From Nitrosopumilus sp. (GTDB taxonomy: Archaea; Thermoproteota; Nitrososphaeria; Nitrososphaerales; Nitrosopumilaceae): a DNA stretch of 64,000 nt. The notes below the pieces were generated by a model. That model saw only the letters and a program-made list of their open reading frames with translations. It did not search any database and was not told the origin of the DNA. Of the stretch, positions 10,687 to 20,092 are shown piece by piece; positions within the stretch are counted from its first letter, which is position 1, and the number at the start of each line of letters is the position of its first letter. Location: positions 480,001 to 544,000 of the forward strand of contig OY763927.2 in assembly GCA_963667665.2 (NCBI GenBank). The letters run 5' to 3'. Position numbers and translations under genes: made by a program.

Positions 10687-11874
10687 ATGACAAAATCAAT
10701 ACCGATCACAGCCCTTATAGCAATTATGACAATAAGCATAACACTCTTCTTTGTAGGAACAAGTACATCTGCAGAAATTACTCATGAAGCAAAAGTAGTT
10801 TCTGGTACTATGGAATCTATGGTAGATCCTGGCGTTGGACATGAATCACATCAGCTGGCAATATTATTGCCACCAAGTGAGAATGTTTACTCTGGTACAC
10901 TAACGTATTCTGCATCTGAACCAATTCAACTAGTTGCACTACATGGTCCTCTAGCTGAAGGTGAAGACAATGGTCAACCAATCTGGACACCAGATGGTGA
11001 AACAAAGTTTGCATTGACATTTGTAGATAATGAAGCATCTATGGGAACATGGAAGTTTTCAGGTAATGCACTTGCAGTTCATACAATGAATACTGATCCA
11101 TTTACTGTCAGTTATTCAGTTACTGCAATGCAAAAAGAAGCATCTGAAACTGTCATGTCTGGTACTATGGAATCTATGGTAGATCCTGGCGTTGGACATG
11201 AATCACATCAGCTGGCAATATTATTGCCACCAAGTGAGAATGTTTACTCTGGTACACTAACGTATTCTGCATCTGAACCAATTCAACTAGTTGCACTACA
11301 TGGTCCTCTAGCTGAAGGTGAAGACAATGGTCAACCAATCTGGACACCAGATGGTGAAACAAAGTTTGCATTGACATTTGTAGATAATGAAGCATCTATG
11401 GGAACATGGAAGTTTTCAGGTAATGCACTTGCAGTTCATACAATGAATACTGATCCATTTACTGTCAGTTATTCTGTTACTGCATCTGCAACTGGTGGAG
11501 ACATCATATACCTTGAAGAAGAAGTTATGATGTATGATGATTCTACAGTAGGTGAAACTATGGATGATGATTCTACAGTAGGTGAAACTATGGATGATGA
11601 TTCTACAGTAGGTGAAACTATGGATGATGATTCTACAGTAGGTGAAACTATGGATGATGATTCTACAGTAGGTGAAACTATGGATGATGATTCTATGATG
11701 GATGAAACAGTGATGAGACCTCTACAACAGATGAAATCTGGAGTTGATCCTCAAGATGTTGTATGTAAAGAAGGACTTGTTCTTATGTTGAGGACTTCTG
11801 ATGGCTCAGCAACTTGTGTTACAGAATCAAGTTCAACTAGATTGCTTGATATGGGTTGGGGAAGTTTAGGTTAG
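10687..11874 (+). CDS. secreted protein with duplicated domain, acidic tandem repeat and thaumarchaeal PLxQ..C..C..GW C-terminal domain
   Basis: Signal peptide from ATG 10687 (ORF track starts at TTG 10660); two identical ~105-aa domains; (DDSTVGETMD)x5; C-terminal PLQQMKSGV..C..C..LLDMGWG. Confidence 0.75.
   Translation: MTKSIPITALIAIMTISITLFFVGTSTSAEITHEAKVVSGTMESMVDPGVGHESHQLAILLPPSENVYSGTLTYSASEPIQLVALHGPLAEGEDNGQPIWTPDGETKFALTFVDNEASMGTWKFSGNALAVHTMNTDPFTVSYSVTAMQKEASETVMSGTMESMVDPGVGHESHQLAILLPPSENVYSGTLTYSASEPIQLVALHGPLAEGEDNGQPIWTPDGETKFALTFVDNEASMGTWKFSGNALAVHTMNTDPFTVSYSVTASATGGDIIYLEEEVMMYDDSTVGETMDDDSTVGETMDDDSTVGETMDDDSTVGETMDDDSTVGETMDDDSMMDETVMRPLQQMKSGVDPQDVVCKEGLVLMLRTSDGSATCVTESSSTRLLDMGWGSLG
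10801..11474 (+). repeat. perfect ~317 bp direct repeat (10801-11117 = 11158-11474)
   Basis: Nucleotide-identical copies, offset 357 bp. Confidence 0.95.
11534..11695 (+). repeat. 30-bp tandem repeat x5 plus partial copy
   Basis: Unit ATGATGATTCTACAGTAGGTGAAACTATGG. Confidence 0.95.
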
Positions 11875-11982
11875 TAATCTAAACACAAAACCATTTTTTT
11901 CTTTTTTAATTTTTATAACTAGATTTTAAACACAAACAACTTGATAGTGAACTTTAAAGATCATTAATACTGAAAAAATTAC

Positions 11983-12201
11983 ATGGTAGATCATATTCAT
12001 ACTTGGAGAAAAAAACTGAGACTGCAAGAACTTATGGATATTGCAAATCAAGAATTAGAATCAGGCAAAGAAATTACTGTAATTAATGAAATATTAGATA
12101 AACAAATGCAAAAACGATGGAACTTGGTTAGTACAACTAGAAAACAATACCTTGCTGATATCAAGAAAATATTGGCAAATCAATATGTTTTAGTGATTTA
12201 A
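11983..12201 (+). CDS. hypothetical protein
   Basis: 72-aa ORF with CTTTAAA TATA-like box upstream. Confidence 0.6.
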   Translation: MVDHIHTWRKKLRLQELMDIANQELESGKEITVINEILDKQMQKRWNLVSTTRKQYLADIKKILANQYVLVI

Positions 12202-12462
12202 AATTCTAAATTTCTCTCATACAATAAAATTCAAAAGATTGAAGTTTTTGGGTTGTCCTTTACTCTGTCTTGCCGTATGCATCGACATGTAAAACGACAA
12301 TAGGATATTATGGAATCTTCAATCTTCATTAATAATATGTCATATTCAATGATAAACTAGATCAACAAAATTATGTATATTTATACATATATAACATAAA
12401 TTATAAACAAATATTTGGATTATTTGATATATGCTTAAATTTCATTTCTACCTATTTGGTAT

Positions 12463-12638
12463 AACGAGGATCTATCAAACTGTTAAGAAAATCCATCAGA
12501 ATTTGAAGGTTAGATCATGTTCTTCAAATATGGATTCTAATGGAAAACTTTGAAGATGCAGAAAGATAGGAAAAAAGGAAAACACGGAAAAAGATGGAAG
12601 CATCTAAAATTCAAAGTGTTTTCCAATTAATCCTCGTT
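12463..12638 (+). ncRNA. candidate structured RNA or closed small-peptide mRNA
   Basis: Terminal 9-bp pairing AACGAGGAT/ATCCTCGTT enclosing two long hairpins; GCTTAAA box about 25 nt upstream. Confidence 0.4.
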
Positions 12639-12656
12639 TCCTAATTCGTTATTTTT

Positions 12657-12872
12657 TTACAAATTTGCAACGAATTGATAAATTACTGCAGAACCTATTA
12701 TCACACCAATTATAGCTCCAATAATTATCACAATCTTTTTGAGTTTCTCTTTTTTTTCAAATTCAATATTGGCTTTACGTTTTGTTTCTGTGTGATGTTT
12801 TTCACAACGAAATTTACCTTCATACTCCTGAAATCCTTTTTCATCACATTCATCACATTTTCTCTCATTCAT
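12657..12872 (-). CDS. small Zn-binding protein with C-terminal TM helix
   Basis: CDEC...CEKH, then IVIIIGAIIGVIIGSAVIY. Confidence 0.6.
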   Translation of the reverse strand: MNERKCDECDEKGFQEYEGKFRCEKHHTETKRKANIEFEKKEKLKKIVIIIGAIIGVIIGSAVIYQFVANL

Positions 12873-12951
12873 GATTATTTCTGAGTTTGATTCACATTAA
12901 TACATCTCGGATTTTGATATTTGATTAAATTATACTAGTATATTGGAGATT

Positions 12952-13617
12952 TTACTCTATTATTTCATAAAATTGATTTAGACGTTGAGTGAGTAGTTCT
13001 TTATAATCATCAGTTTTTTTAATAAACTCCATTCTTGTGTTTTTCTCACTACTTACTAGAATCACAACTTGTTTTATCTCAATTCCTGTTAGTTCTTTGA
13101 ACATTTCAGAATATGCCGTACCTTGAATAAAATGATCAGTCATCCATTCTTCTTGCTGATTACTTCTCTTTGTTTTGTAGTCTATTATTGATAATTCTCC
13201 ATCGTATTTGCCAATACAATCAGACATTCCAGCCAGTTTCATTTTATCACTGTATAGTCTTAATTCAATTCCATGAATATCATTGATTTTCTGCAAATAT
13301 GGAATTAGATTATTAAAATGGGCAACTGACAATAGTCTAACCTCGTCTGTTTGAGGAACCTCATTTAGGTGGTTTTCAATTAATTTGTGCGTTTGTGTGC
13401 CTATAATTGAGGATTCTTCTGTGATATATTGAGTAGCAACCTCTTGTTCTTTCCAATTTTGTAAGCTTTGCTGTTTTTCTGCAGGCATAGTTTTGTGTAA
13501 AATAGTAGTAATTGACGGATAGATTTCACCATTTGGAGTTTGATAATAATGTGAATCATCTTTTTCAATTAATTCTGCTTGCTGAAAACTAATTGGAATA
13601 TGCTTGAAGAAAGACAT
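12952..13617 (-). CDS. PD-(D/E)XK exonuclease (MGME1/phage exonuclease/Cas4-like)
   Basis: YPSITTIL, GTQTH, AGMSDCI...IIDYKT, Q..AY motifs. Confidence 0.85.
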   Translation of the reverse strand: MSFFKHIPISFQQAELIEKDDSHYYQTPNGEIYPSITTILHKTMPAEKQQSLQNWKEQEVATQYITEESSIIGTQTHKLIENHLNEVPQTDEVRLLSVAHFNNLIPYLQKINDIHGIELRLYSDKMKLAGMSDCIGKYDGELSIIDYKTKRSNQQEEWMTDHFIQGTAYSEMFKELTGIEIKQVVILVSSEKNTRMEFIKKTDDYKELLTQRLNQFYEIIE

Positions 13618-13727
13618 CTTGTATGTTTGTTATTTTATTGTAATTTTAAACTCTTTTAATTTGTTTAAAGTTAGTTTTTTCTAAAAAACTAAGTTACGTT
13701 TAATACATGAAATTTAGTATATTGAAT

Positions 13728-13878
13728 ATGGGGATATCATTTGTTTTAGTTAATTGCGATATGGGATTTGAAATTGAGACAATTGCAAAAACAACAACAA
13801 ACCCTTCAAACAATGTCAAATGTATCTAAAGCGCTTCATGACACTGCAAAGGCAATAATCTCACACATGAGAGCATAA
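13728..13878 (+). pseudogene. chimeric gene relic: Lrp/AsnC-like N-terminus joined out of frame to an unrelated C-terminus
   Basis: MGISFVLVNCDMGFEIETI in one frame; LQKQQQTLQTMSNVSKALHDTAKAIISHMRA* in the +1 frame; followed by a T-tract. Confidence 0.45.
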
Positions 13879-13954
13879 GCCACAATCTTTTTCTTTTTTA
13901 TTTTCTAAACTTTTTTCCAATACGCTTAAAGTTCATTTTTTTCTAAAAGCATAC

Positions 13955-14158
13955 ATGGATAATCCCACTGAAATTAACTCTGTATTTTGGAATGAATCTA
14001 AAAAATCATGGGATCATAAAATGATTAAAGTTGATGAATATCATGGATTTGAAGAATGTCAGCAATGTAGAAGACCAATGTCCCATAATATCAAAACAGA
14101 TGGTGAATTCAAAATAGTTTATGTAGAATGTGGATGTTCAAGGCGAAAAACTGCCTAG
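13955..14158 (+). CDS. small Zn-ribbon protein
   Basis: CQQC...CGC; CAATACGCTTAAA promoter-like motif upstream. Confidence 0.65.
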   Translation: MDNPTEINSVFWNESKKSWDHKMIKVDEYHGFEECQQCRRPMSHNIKTDGEFKIVYVECGCSRRKTA

Positions 14159-14411
14159 TTCTGCATAGTTAATCGTGCTTCATAATTCGGCAAACTCATC
14201 ATAACTAAGAGGAATCAGAGAGAACACCTTGATATAATCATCAGCATATCTGTTGAAATTCTCAAATTATAAAACGCTTTGAAAAAAATAAAATCAAGCA
14301 TAATTTGATCGCAGTTTCTTTAGGCGTAAATTACAAAAATTTCTTTAAGTAAAGTGTGATTATTTTTCATTCTGATTTTTTATCTCATACACAATTCTAG
14401 TCCATTTATTG

Positions 14412-14513
14412 AGTCAGGAATATCTCGCGGTGTTAGCTGGAAGAGCCCAAATGCTCACATAAACTAGTTAATGCATAACAGAGTCTCCAAAATAAGGAGA
14501 CTGACTTTTTTTT
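14412..14513 (+). ncRNA. candidate structured RNA ending in hairpin plus oligo-T
   Basis: AGTCAG/CTGACT ends; internal TGTTA/TAACA, GAGC/GCTC and AGTCTCC/GGAGACT stems; T8 tail. Confidence 0.35.
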
Positions 14514-14581
14514 CAAATCAAAAAATACTGGATTGATCTTTGTTCTAGGTTTATTTGTCTCCTATGAAGTAATCCCAATCA

Positions 14582-15709
14582 GTGAATGTAAAAATTATCA
14601 TAATTACGTTGGTTGTTGTAATGTTTGTAGCATTTGTGTCTCCTACTTTTGCACAACAATTCAAAGAACCAATTTATGAAATACGTGGAGGATCCATTTT
14701 AGGCTTTGAGATAGATCCTGAATCGACATCGCTAATTATTACACTTGATGCTAGAGCACGTGGAGAATTAATCATAACTTTACCTAGAAATTTAATTGAT
14801 GCTAAAACTGGTTCTGTAGATAGTAATTTTGAGATATTTGTTAGTGGCTTGAAACTAAACTCCTATGATGAAATTTCTACATCTTATGATAGAACAGTTA
14901 CAATTCCATTCAAAAGAGCAAACTCTGAATTAATTATAACTGGAACAAAGATTTTCAATCAAGTATCTGCTCAACCAATTACAAAACCACAACAAATAGA
15001 AAAAATAATAGAAGCAGAACTAGCAAAAGAAATACCTGAAGATAAAGCAAAACTCTTGATATTTTCTGATACTCAATGGTCTGGTGCAATGGAATCGTCA
15101 AGTTTTGAGTATGCCGAAATTAGTGGACAAGGTGACAAGAGTGTCATTTTTGCATGTGAATCATCTTTCGGAAGACAAGGCGTTTTTGGTGCAAAAATTG
15201 AAAAACTAACAAATGATGGGTACTTGAGACTTGTTGCAATACAGCATCAAAAAATATTATCTCAGGGTACAACTGTAGCAGAATTTGGTGATGTACTAAT
15301 CAATGGTGATTGTTTTTCAAGTTTTAGTGCTGCACCTGGTGGCGGATGTCTAATTGCAACTGCAACATATGGGACAGAGCTAGCTCCACAAGTACAGCAA
15401 CTTCGAGAACTCAGAGATAATAAATTACTTCAAACAGAATTAGGAACATCATTTATTGAATCATTTAACGAATTTTATTATTCATTTTCACCAATTATAG
15501 CAGACTATGAACGTGAAAATTTTATTTTCAAAGATATGGTTAGATTAGCCATTACTCCGATGGTCTCATCTCTATCCATTCTAAACTATATTGATATGAA
15601 TTCAGAATTTGAAGTGTTAGGTTATGGCATTTCATTGATTCTACTAAATATTGGAATGTATGTTGGAATTCCTGCTATTATGATTGTTGGAATTAAACGA
15701 AAATTCTAA
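14582..15709 (+). CDS. secreted/surface protein with CFI-box-CTERM domain
   Basis: Signal peptide; LPRNLIDA domain typical of PEFG-CTERM proteins; GGGCLIATATYGTELAPQVQQLRELRD...FYYSFSP and C-terminal TM. Confidence 0.9.
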   Translation: MNVKIIIITLVVVMFVAFVSPTFAQQFKEPIYEIRGGSILGFEIDPESTSLIITLDARARGELIITLPRNLIDAKTGSVDSNFEIFVSGLKLNSYDEISTSYDRTVTIPFKRANSELIITGTKIFNQVSAQPITKPQQIEKIIEAELAKEIPEDKAKLLIFSDTQWSGAMESSSFEYAEISGQGDKSVIFACESSFGRQGVFGAKIEKLTNDGYLRLVAIQHQKILSQGTTVAEFGDVLINGDCFSSFSAAPGGGCLIATATYGTELAPQVQQLRELRDNKLLQTELGTSFIESFNEFYYSFSPIIADYERENFIFKDMVRLAITPMVSSLSILNYIDMNSEFEVLGYGISLILLNIGMYVGIPAIMIVGIKRKF

Positions 15710-15752
15710 ACTCTATTAATAGACTAAAGTTCATTATTTAGAATGATGAGAA

Positions 15753-16073
15753 ATGGGTAAATCATTAGGAGAATATGTAATTGAAAGATCTTCTTCATCT
15801 AATATTGAGAATATCAAATGGACCCAAAAAAATCCTAAAGATACTACAAAATCAAAAAAGAAAAAATCAAATAAAAAATACAAAAACTCTTCTGCATCAA
15901 ACATCATTTACACTAAAAATACCAAAAAAGCCTCACCATATGCTGCAAAAGCTCTCAAAATTGAAGTTGTAGATACTGAGAAATCAAAAAAGAAAAAATC
16001 AGATAAAAGACACCAAAACTCTTCTGCATCAAAGTGTAAAATTAAACCAGAATTCAAAAGACCTGCAAGATAG
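15753..16073 (+). CDS. Lys-rich small protein with internal repeat
   Basis: KSKKKKSNKKYKNSSAS / KSKKKKSDKRHQNSSAS. Confidence 0.55.
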   Translation: MGKSLGEYVIERSSSSNIENIKWTQKNPKDTTKSKKKKSNKKYKNSSASNIIYTKNTKKASPYAAKALKIEVVDTEKSKKKKSDKRHQNSSASKCKIKPEFKRPAR

Positions 16074-16132
16074 GTGTGAATACTCTGGATACCATAGTAT
16101 AATTATCCCTAATACATGACAAATATTGTAAT

Positions 16133-16993
16133 TTGTCAAGATACGAAACCCCAAAAATCAATGTGAATATGGGCGCAGCCAAAGGAATTATGATTGGCAT
16201 TGTTGTATTAATTATAATTGGAGTAATGACTGCTTCTGCAGTACAAATTGTAGATGCAGGACACAGAGGTGTTTTACTTCATTGGAATGCAGTTGATCTT
16301 TCAGTTCAACCATTATCAGAAGGACTACACTTTGTAATGCCATTTGCAGACTCTGTAGTCCAAATGGAAATTAGAACATTGAAATTTGTAAAAGCAACAT
16401 CAGCTGCATCAAAAGACCTTCAGACAGTATCTACTGAAATTACAGTAAACTATCATCCAGCAGCAAACTCTGTTAACACTTTATATCAATCAGTAGGATT
16501 AGACTATGAAAATAGAATAATTACCCCCACTGTAGAGGAAGTTGTAAAACAAGTCACTGCAAACTATAACGCAGAAGAATTAATCACAAAAAGACCTCAA
16601 GTAAAGTCTGACATTGAAGCAGATATCAGTTCTCGTCTTAATGAATTCGATATAGTTACAGAAATTGTATCAATTACTGACTTTCAGTTCTCAGCATTAT
16701 TTGCTTCAGCCATTGAATCTAAAGTAGAAGCAGAGCAAAAGGCATTCAAAGCAGAAAATGATCTTAAAAGAATTGAGGTAGAGGCAAGACAACATGCAGC
16801 ACAAGCAGAAGGTATTGCACAAGCAAACATTGCACAAGCAAACGGTGAAGCCCAAGCTATTCAAATTATCAATCAAGCCCTATCAACTAATCCACAATAT
16901 CTGGAATGGCTAAAAACCCAACAATGGGATGGAAAATTACCCCTAGTAGTTGGTGAAGGTGGAACACCATTTATCGCAATACCAACTCAGTAA
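16133..16993 (+). CDS. prohibitin/SPFH (band 7) family membrane protein
   Basis: N-terminal TM; VDAGHRGV, EGLHF, ASKDLQTV, AEELITKR, AIESKVEAEQ. Confidence 0.93.
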   Translation: MSRYETPKINVNMGAAKGIMIGIVVLIIIGVMTASAVQIVDAGHRGVLLHWNAVDLSVQPLSEGLHFVMPFADSVVQMEIRTLKFVKATSAASKDLQTVSTEITVNYHPAANSVNTLYQSVGLDYENRIITPTVEEVVKQVTANYNAEELITKRPQVKSDIEADISSRLNEFDIVTEIVSITDFQFSALFASAIESKVEAEQKAFKAENDLKRIEVEARQHAAQAEGIAQANIAQANGEAQAIQIINQALSTNPQYLEWLKTQQWDGKLPLVVGEGGTPFIAIPTQ

Positions 16994-17011
16994 TTTAATT
17001 AAAATTTTAAA

Positions 17012-17317
17012 CTAATTCTTTTTCTCAGTATCTGTTCCGTCTCTCATAGAATCATACATTGAAAGAAATTGATCCGGTTCACGTTGTCTGTAACGTTTTT
17101 GGAGAAATAAGATTTCTTTTTCTGAAATTTCTTTTCCTTTGAAAGCATGATATTCTTTTATGATTTGATATTGAGTTTTTTTAATATTGAATTCTCTAAG
17201 AGTGGCATTAACTGATCTATTGCACAAAAAATCATTAAGTAGAAAACGATATACCAAATAGCCCGAGATTCCTAAAATAGAAACTAATGCTATGGGTATA
17301 ATGTAACCAATTACCAT
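17012..17317 (-). CDS. hypothetical membrane-anchored protein
   Basis: N-terminal TM, 101 aa. Confidence 0.65.
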   Translation of the reverse strand: MVIGYIIPIALVSILGISGYLVYRFLLNDFLCNRSVNATLREFNIKKTQYQIIKEYHAFKGKEISEKEILFLQKRYRQREPDQFLSMYDSMRDGTDTEKKN

Positions 17318-17469
17318 ATTTTTTTACTGATTTACTTGGTATTTCATTGTATTTATTTTCAATAATTTGAGGCTAGAATTATTTTTTTAATTAATTAAAA
17401 ATTAGATAAAGCTAATTAGTTTATGCTAATTTTCATACAGTTTAAATCAATTATTCACAAAATTTCTAC

Positions 17470-17646
17470 ATGAAAAGTAGTTCATGCAGAATATGTGGTG
17501 AAGAATTAGAAGTAAAGAAGAAATGTGATATTTGTAATCAAGCTAATCAATTCTTTTGTTATAGCTGTGGATATGTAACTGAGGAACAAATTCATAATCA
17601 ATGTATTATGACAGGTTTTAGTCATACATTGCTTAATCTAAAATAA
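17470..17646 (+). CDS. small multi-CxxC Zn-finger protein
   Basis: Hand translation MKSSSCRICG...CDIC...CYSC...HNQC; TTTAAA box upstream. Confidence 0.7.
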   Translation: MKSSSCRICGEELEVKKKCDICNQANQFFCYSCGYVTEEQIHNQCIMTGFSHTLLNLK

Positions 17647-17703
17647 AAAATATCTCTATATTGTCTCATACAGAAATAAATTAGATAACATATAGTATAT
17701 TTC

Positions 17704-17997
17704 ATGGCAGAAAAAATTTCTACAAATGATTTAAAATCCAAAAAAAGTGATTTTGTAATTATTGATGTGAGAGAAACTGATGAACTAGACGGTGGAGTAA
17801 TTGATGACTCTATTTCCATGCCTTTAGGACTAGTTATACGAAATGCAAAGAAAAAACAGATTGAAAACCTAAGAGATAAAAAAATCTGTACATACTGTGG
17901 AACAGGTTATCGAGGAAATATTGCAGCCGATGAACTAGTTAAAGAAGGGTTTGATGCAGTTACTCTAGAAGGCGGATACTCTTCCTGGAATCAATAA
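17704..17997 (+). CDS. rhodanese-like domain protein
   Basis: IIDVRE, YCGTGYRG, LEGGYSSW. Confidence 0.9.
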   Translation: MAEKISTNDLKSKKSDFVIIDVRETDELDGGVIDDSISMPLGLVIRNAKKKQIENLRDKKICTYCGTGYRGNIAADELVKEGFDAVTLEGGYSSWNQ

Positions 17998-18003
17998 TTT
18001 TTT

Positions 18004-18354
18004 TTATTCATTCCATACTGGTTGTGTTTTAAGCCATGCAATCAAATCTACATATAATTTACTTTTCTGCATGCTTAATGCTGCAATCTCAAGATTAGTT
18101 GATGATTTTACAGTTTTTGTATATTTTTCATATTTTGTAAAAACTATCTTATCTAGATACATCTCATTTTGCATCTCTTTTTTTGCCAACTCTTCAGATT
18201 CACTCATGGCAAAACTTGCAAATAAAACTCCGTCAACCCAATATGCTGTACTAGCTTCTAATGATGACATCATACCTATGAGATCATCAAGGCTTAGTTT
18301 TACCATGTCACGAACAAAAATCCGATCATATGGTTTGTGAATAAACTCTGTCAT
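18004..18354 (-). CDS. conserved hypothetical protein
   Basis: 116 aa, normal composition, YWVDGVLF motif. Confidence 0.65.
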   Translation of the reverse strand: MTEFIHKPYDRIFVRDMVKLSLDDLIGMMSSLEASTAYWVDGVLFASFAMSESEELAKKEMQNEMYLDKIVFTKYEKYTKTVKSSTNLEIAALSMQKSKLYVDLIAWLKTQPVWNE

Positions 18355-18423
18355 GAAATTTGTTTTTTATAGAGTTTAATGAATATTTGGAAATTTAATA
18401 ACTAGTTTTTCAGAAATCACCCC

Positions 18424-18660
18424 ATGACTGAAAAATCTGATGATTCACTCAATGATGATCTGTTTGTAACAGAATTTCCAAAAAAGGGCCTTGGCATAGT
18501 TGATTATCTTCAAGGAAGAGTACATTTTGCTTTACTTGATCAAATGAAATTAATGTCAACATCTGGGATGACGCTTGAGAAAATAAAGGAAACAATCATT
18601 GATAATGTGAATGAAATAATAGAAAATTTTGATCCACAAAAAGAATCAAAAAGTCGTTGA
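18424..18660 (+). CDS. hypothetical protein
   Basis: 78-aa ORF with TTTAATA box upstream. Confidence 0.55.
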   Translation: MTEKSDDSLNDDLFVTEFPKKGLGIVDYLQGRVHFALLDQMKLMSTSGMTLEKIKETIIDNVNEIIENFDPQKESKSR

Positions 18661-18771
18661 TTCCATTTTTGTTGATTCTGCCATAATGATTTTGTGGCAT
18701 TTACAATAACAGTTAGTATGTGGCATATCGTTATTGTTTCTGTATTTGCATTCTTTTGTGTGCTCAATCAT
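18646..18771 (-). CDS. micro-ORF, Cys/His-rich
   Basis: Hand translation MIEHTKECKYRNNNDMPHTNCYCKCHKII... Confidence 0.35.
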   Translation of the reverse strand: MIEHTKECKYRNNNDMPHTNCYCKCHKIIMAESTKMESTTF

Positions 18772-18798
18772 TGACAATTTTTAGAAACCCACGATATG

Positions 18799-19191
18799 TT
18801 ATGCTAAAGTTGGGTCACGGCTCAATATGTTTAGTATGTGTTCAACAATTTGTTTTTGACCTCCTCCATGAAGTTCCATTCGTGTTTGTTCAGAACCCAA
18901 ACTAACAAAAATTAGATTGTCATCCCCTAGAGGAAAAGTCATTCTTGTAATCTTTTCAAATGCTGCTATAGCATACAGACCCTTTCCAATTTTTGGAGCT
19001 AATTCGCTTCTTCCTTTCCATGCAACTGCTGCTCTTTTTAGTGATGCTGCAGTTTCTTCTGGCGATAGATGGTTTGCAATCTCTGGACGATGATTTGTGG
19101 CAATTATGTTTCCATCACTATCTGCAATTATACTGTGTCTGATATTAGGATCTGAGTCCATAATCTTCTTTAAGAGATTTCTAAAATCCAT
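18799..19191 (-). CDS. Roadblock/LC7-like thaumarchaeal protein
   Basis: IRHSIIADSDGNII...KIGKGLY...FEKITRMTFPL...FVS pattern. Confidence 0.7.
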   Translation of the reverse strand: MDFRNLLKKIMDSDPNIRHSIIADSDGNIIATNHRPEIANHLSPEETAASLKRAAVAWKGRSELAPKIGKGLYAIAAFEKITRMTFPLGDDNLIFVSLGSEQTRMELHGGGQKQIVEHILNILSRDPTLA

Positions 19192-19615
19192 CTTATTACC
19201 TATGATCAGATATTACTTAAGGGATCTCCAATTCTTGTAAAAATTTACTTTATGAATATTATAAATTAAAAAATAATTACCTTAGAAATATCTAAGGTAA
19301 TTCATTACTGTTTTTTGATTTTTCTTTACACCAGCAATTGGGACTGCATTCAGAGGTAAAATCTGACATTTCATTCATCTGAAATGAGCCAAGAAAGTCC
19401 AATTGCTTCTTCCCATGATGGTTGATAATTTTTATTTTGCATGTATTGGTTTGTCAAATTTTCTATTTAACAAATGTGAACGATTTATCAGTATCAATAC
19501 TATGAACAAATCAGTAGTGATTCTTTATATTGAATTTGAATTATTTTTAGTACCCGACCATAAATGGTGATGATTCATACTTCCATGAGTTTATGAGTCT
19601 CACCATTTTCTAATT

Positions 19616-20092
19616 TTAACCAAGTAAATTTGCAGTTTTTTCATAAAAAAATTCTTGTTTCTTCAAATCTTTTTCATAAATGATTCTACATTTTCTCATG
19701 GGGACTAGTCTAGAAATTTGTTCATATGTACTCACATCTATCATATCTGCTGCATAAGCAATTTGTAATAATGGTGGGCCTTCTTCAATCATAGGTTTTA
19801 CTTGTTCGTATCCACTACTTTGCCTCATCCCGGTTCTGAATAATCCAATGTTTTTCTCACTTTTTGATATTTGAGGATCTTGATAACAACAAATTGCATA
19901 TTCATCATCCTTTTTTTCAATAATTGTCAGTCTTGTGAATTTCTCACTCCACTCTTCTATTTTTTTAGCAATAGAAATAGCCTCATTTTTATCTTCAAAT
20001 ACGGCTGTAACTACAAATCTCTCTTTTTCATATGCCCATAAAATTCCAAAATTTCCATACCATTCAATTTCAAATGTCATACTGTTAATCAA
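19616..20092 (-). CDS. hypothetical protein
   Basis: About 154-158 aa open frame, normal composition. Confidence 0.65.
   Translation of the reverse strand: MINSMTFEIEWYGNFGILWAYEKERFVVTAVFEDKNEAISIAKKIEEWSEKFTRLTIIEKKDDEYAICCYQDPQISKSEKNIGLFRTGMRQSSGYEQVKPMIEEGPPLLQIAYAADMIDVSTYEQISRLVPMRKCRIIYEKDLKKQEFFYEKTANLLG

Noticed and set aside
11534-11695. CRISPR array
   Set aside because: The 30-bp units are contiguous, in frame and have no spacers; no cas operon is present
12952-13617. Cas4 as part of a CRISPR system
   Set aside because: Lacks the four-Cys Fe-S cluster and CRISPR context; better read as a stand-alone PD-(D/E)XK exonuclease
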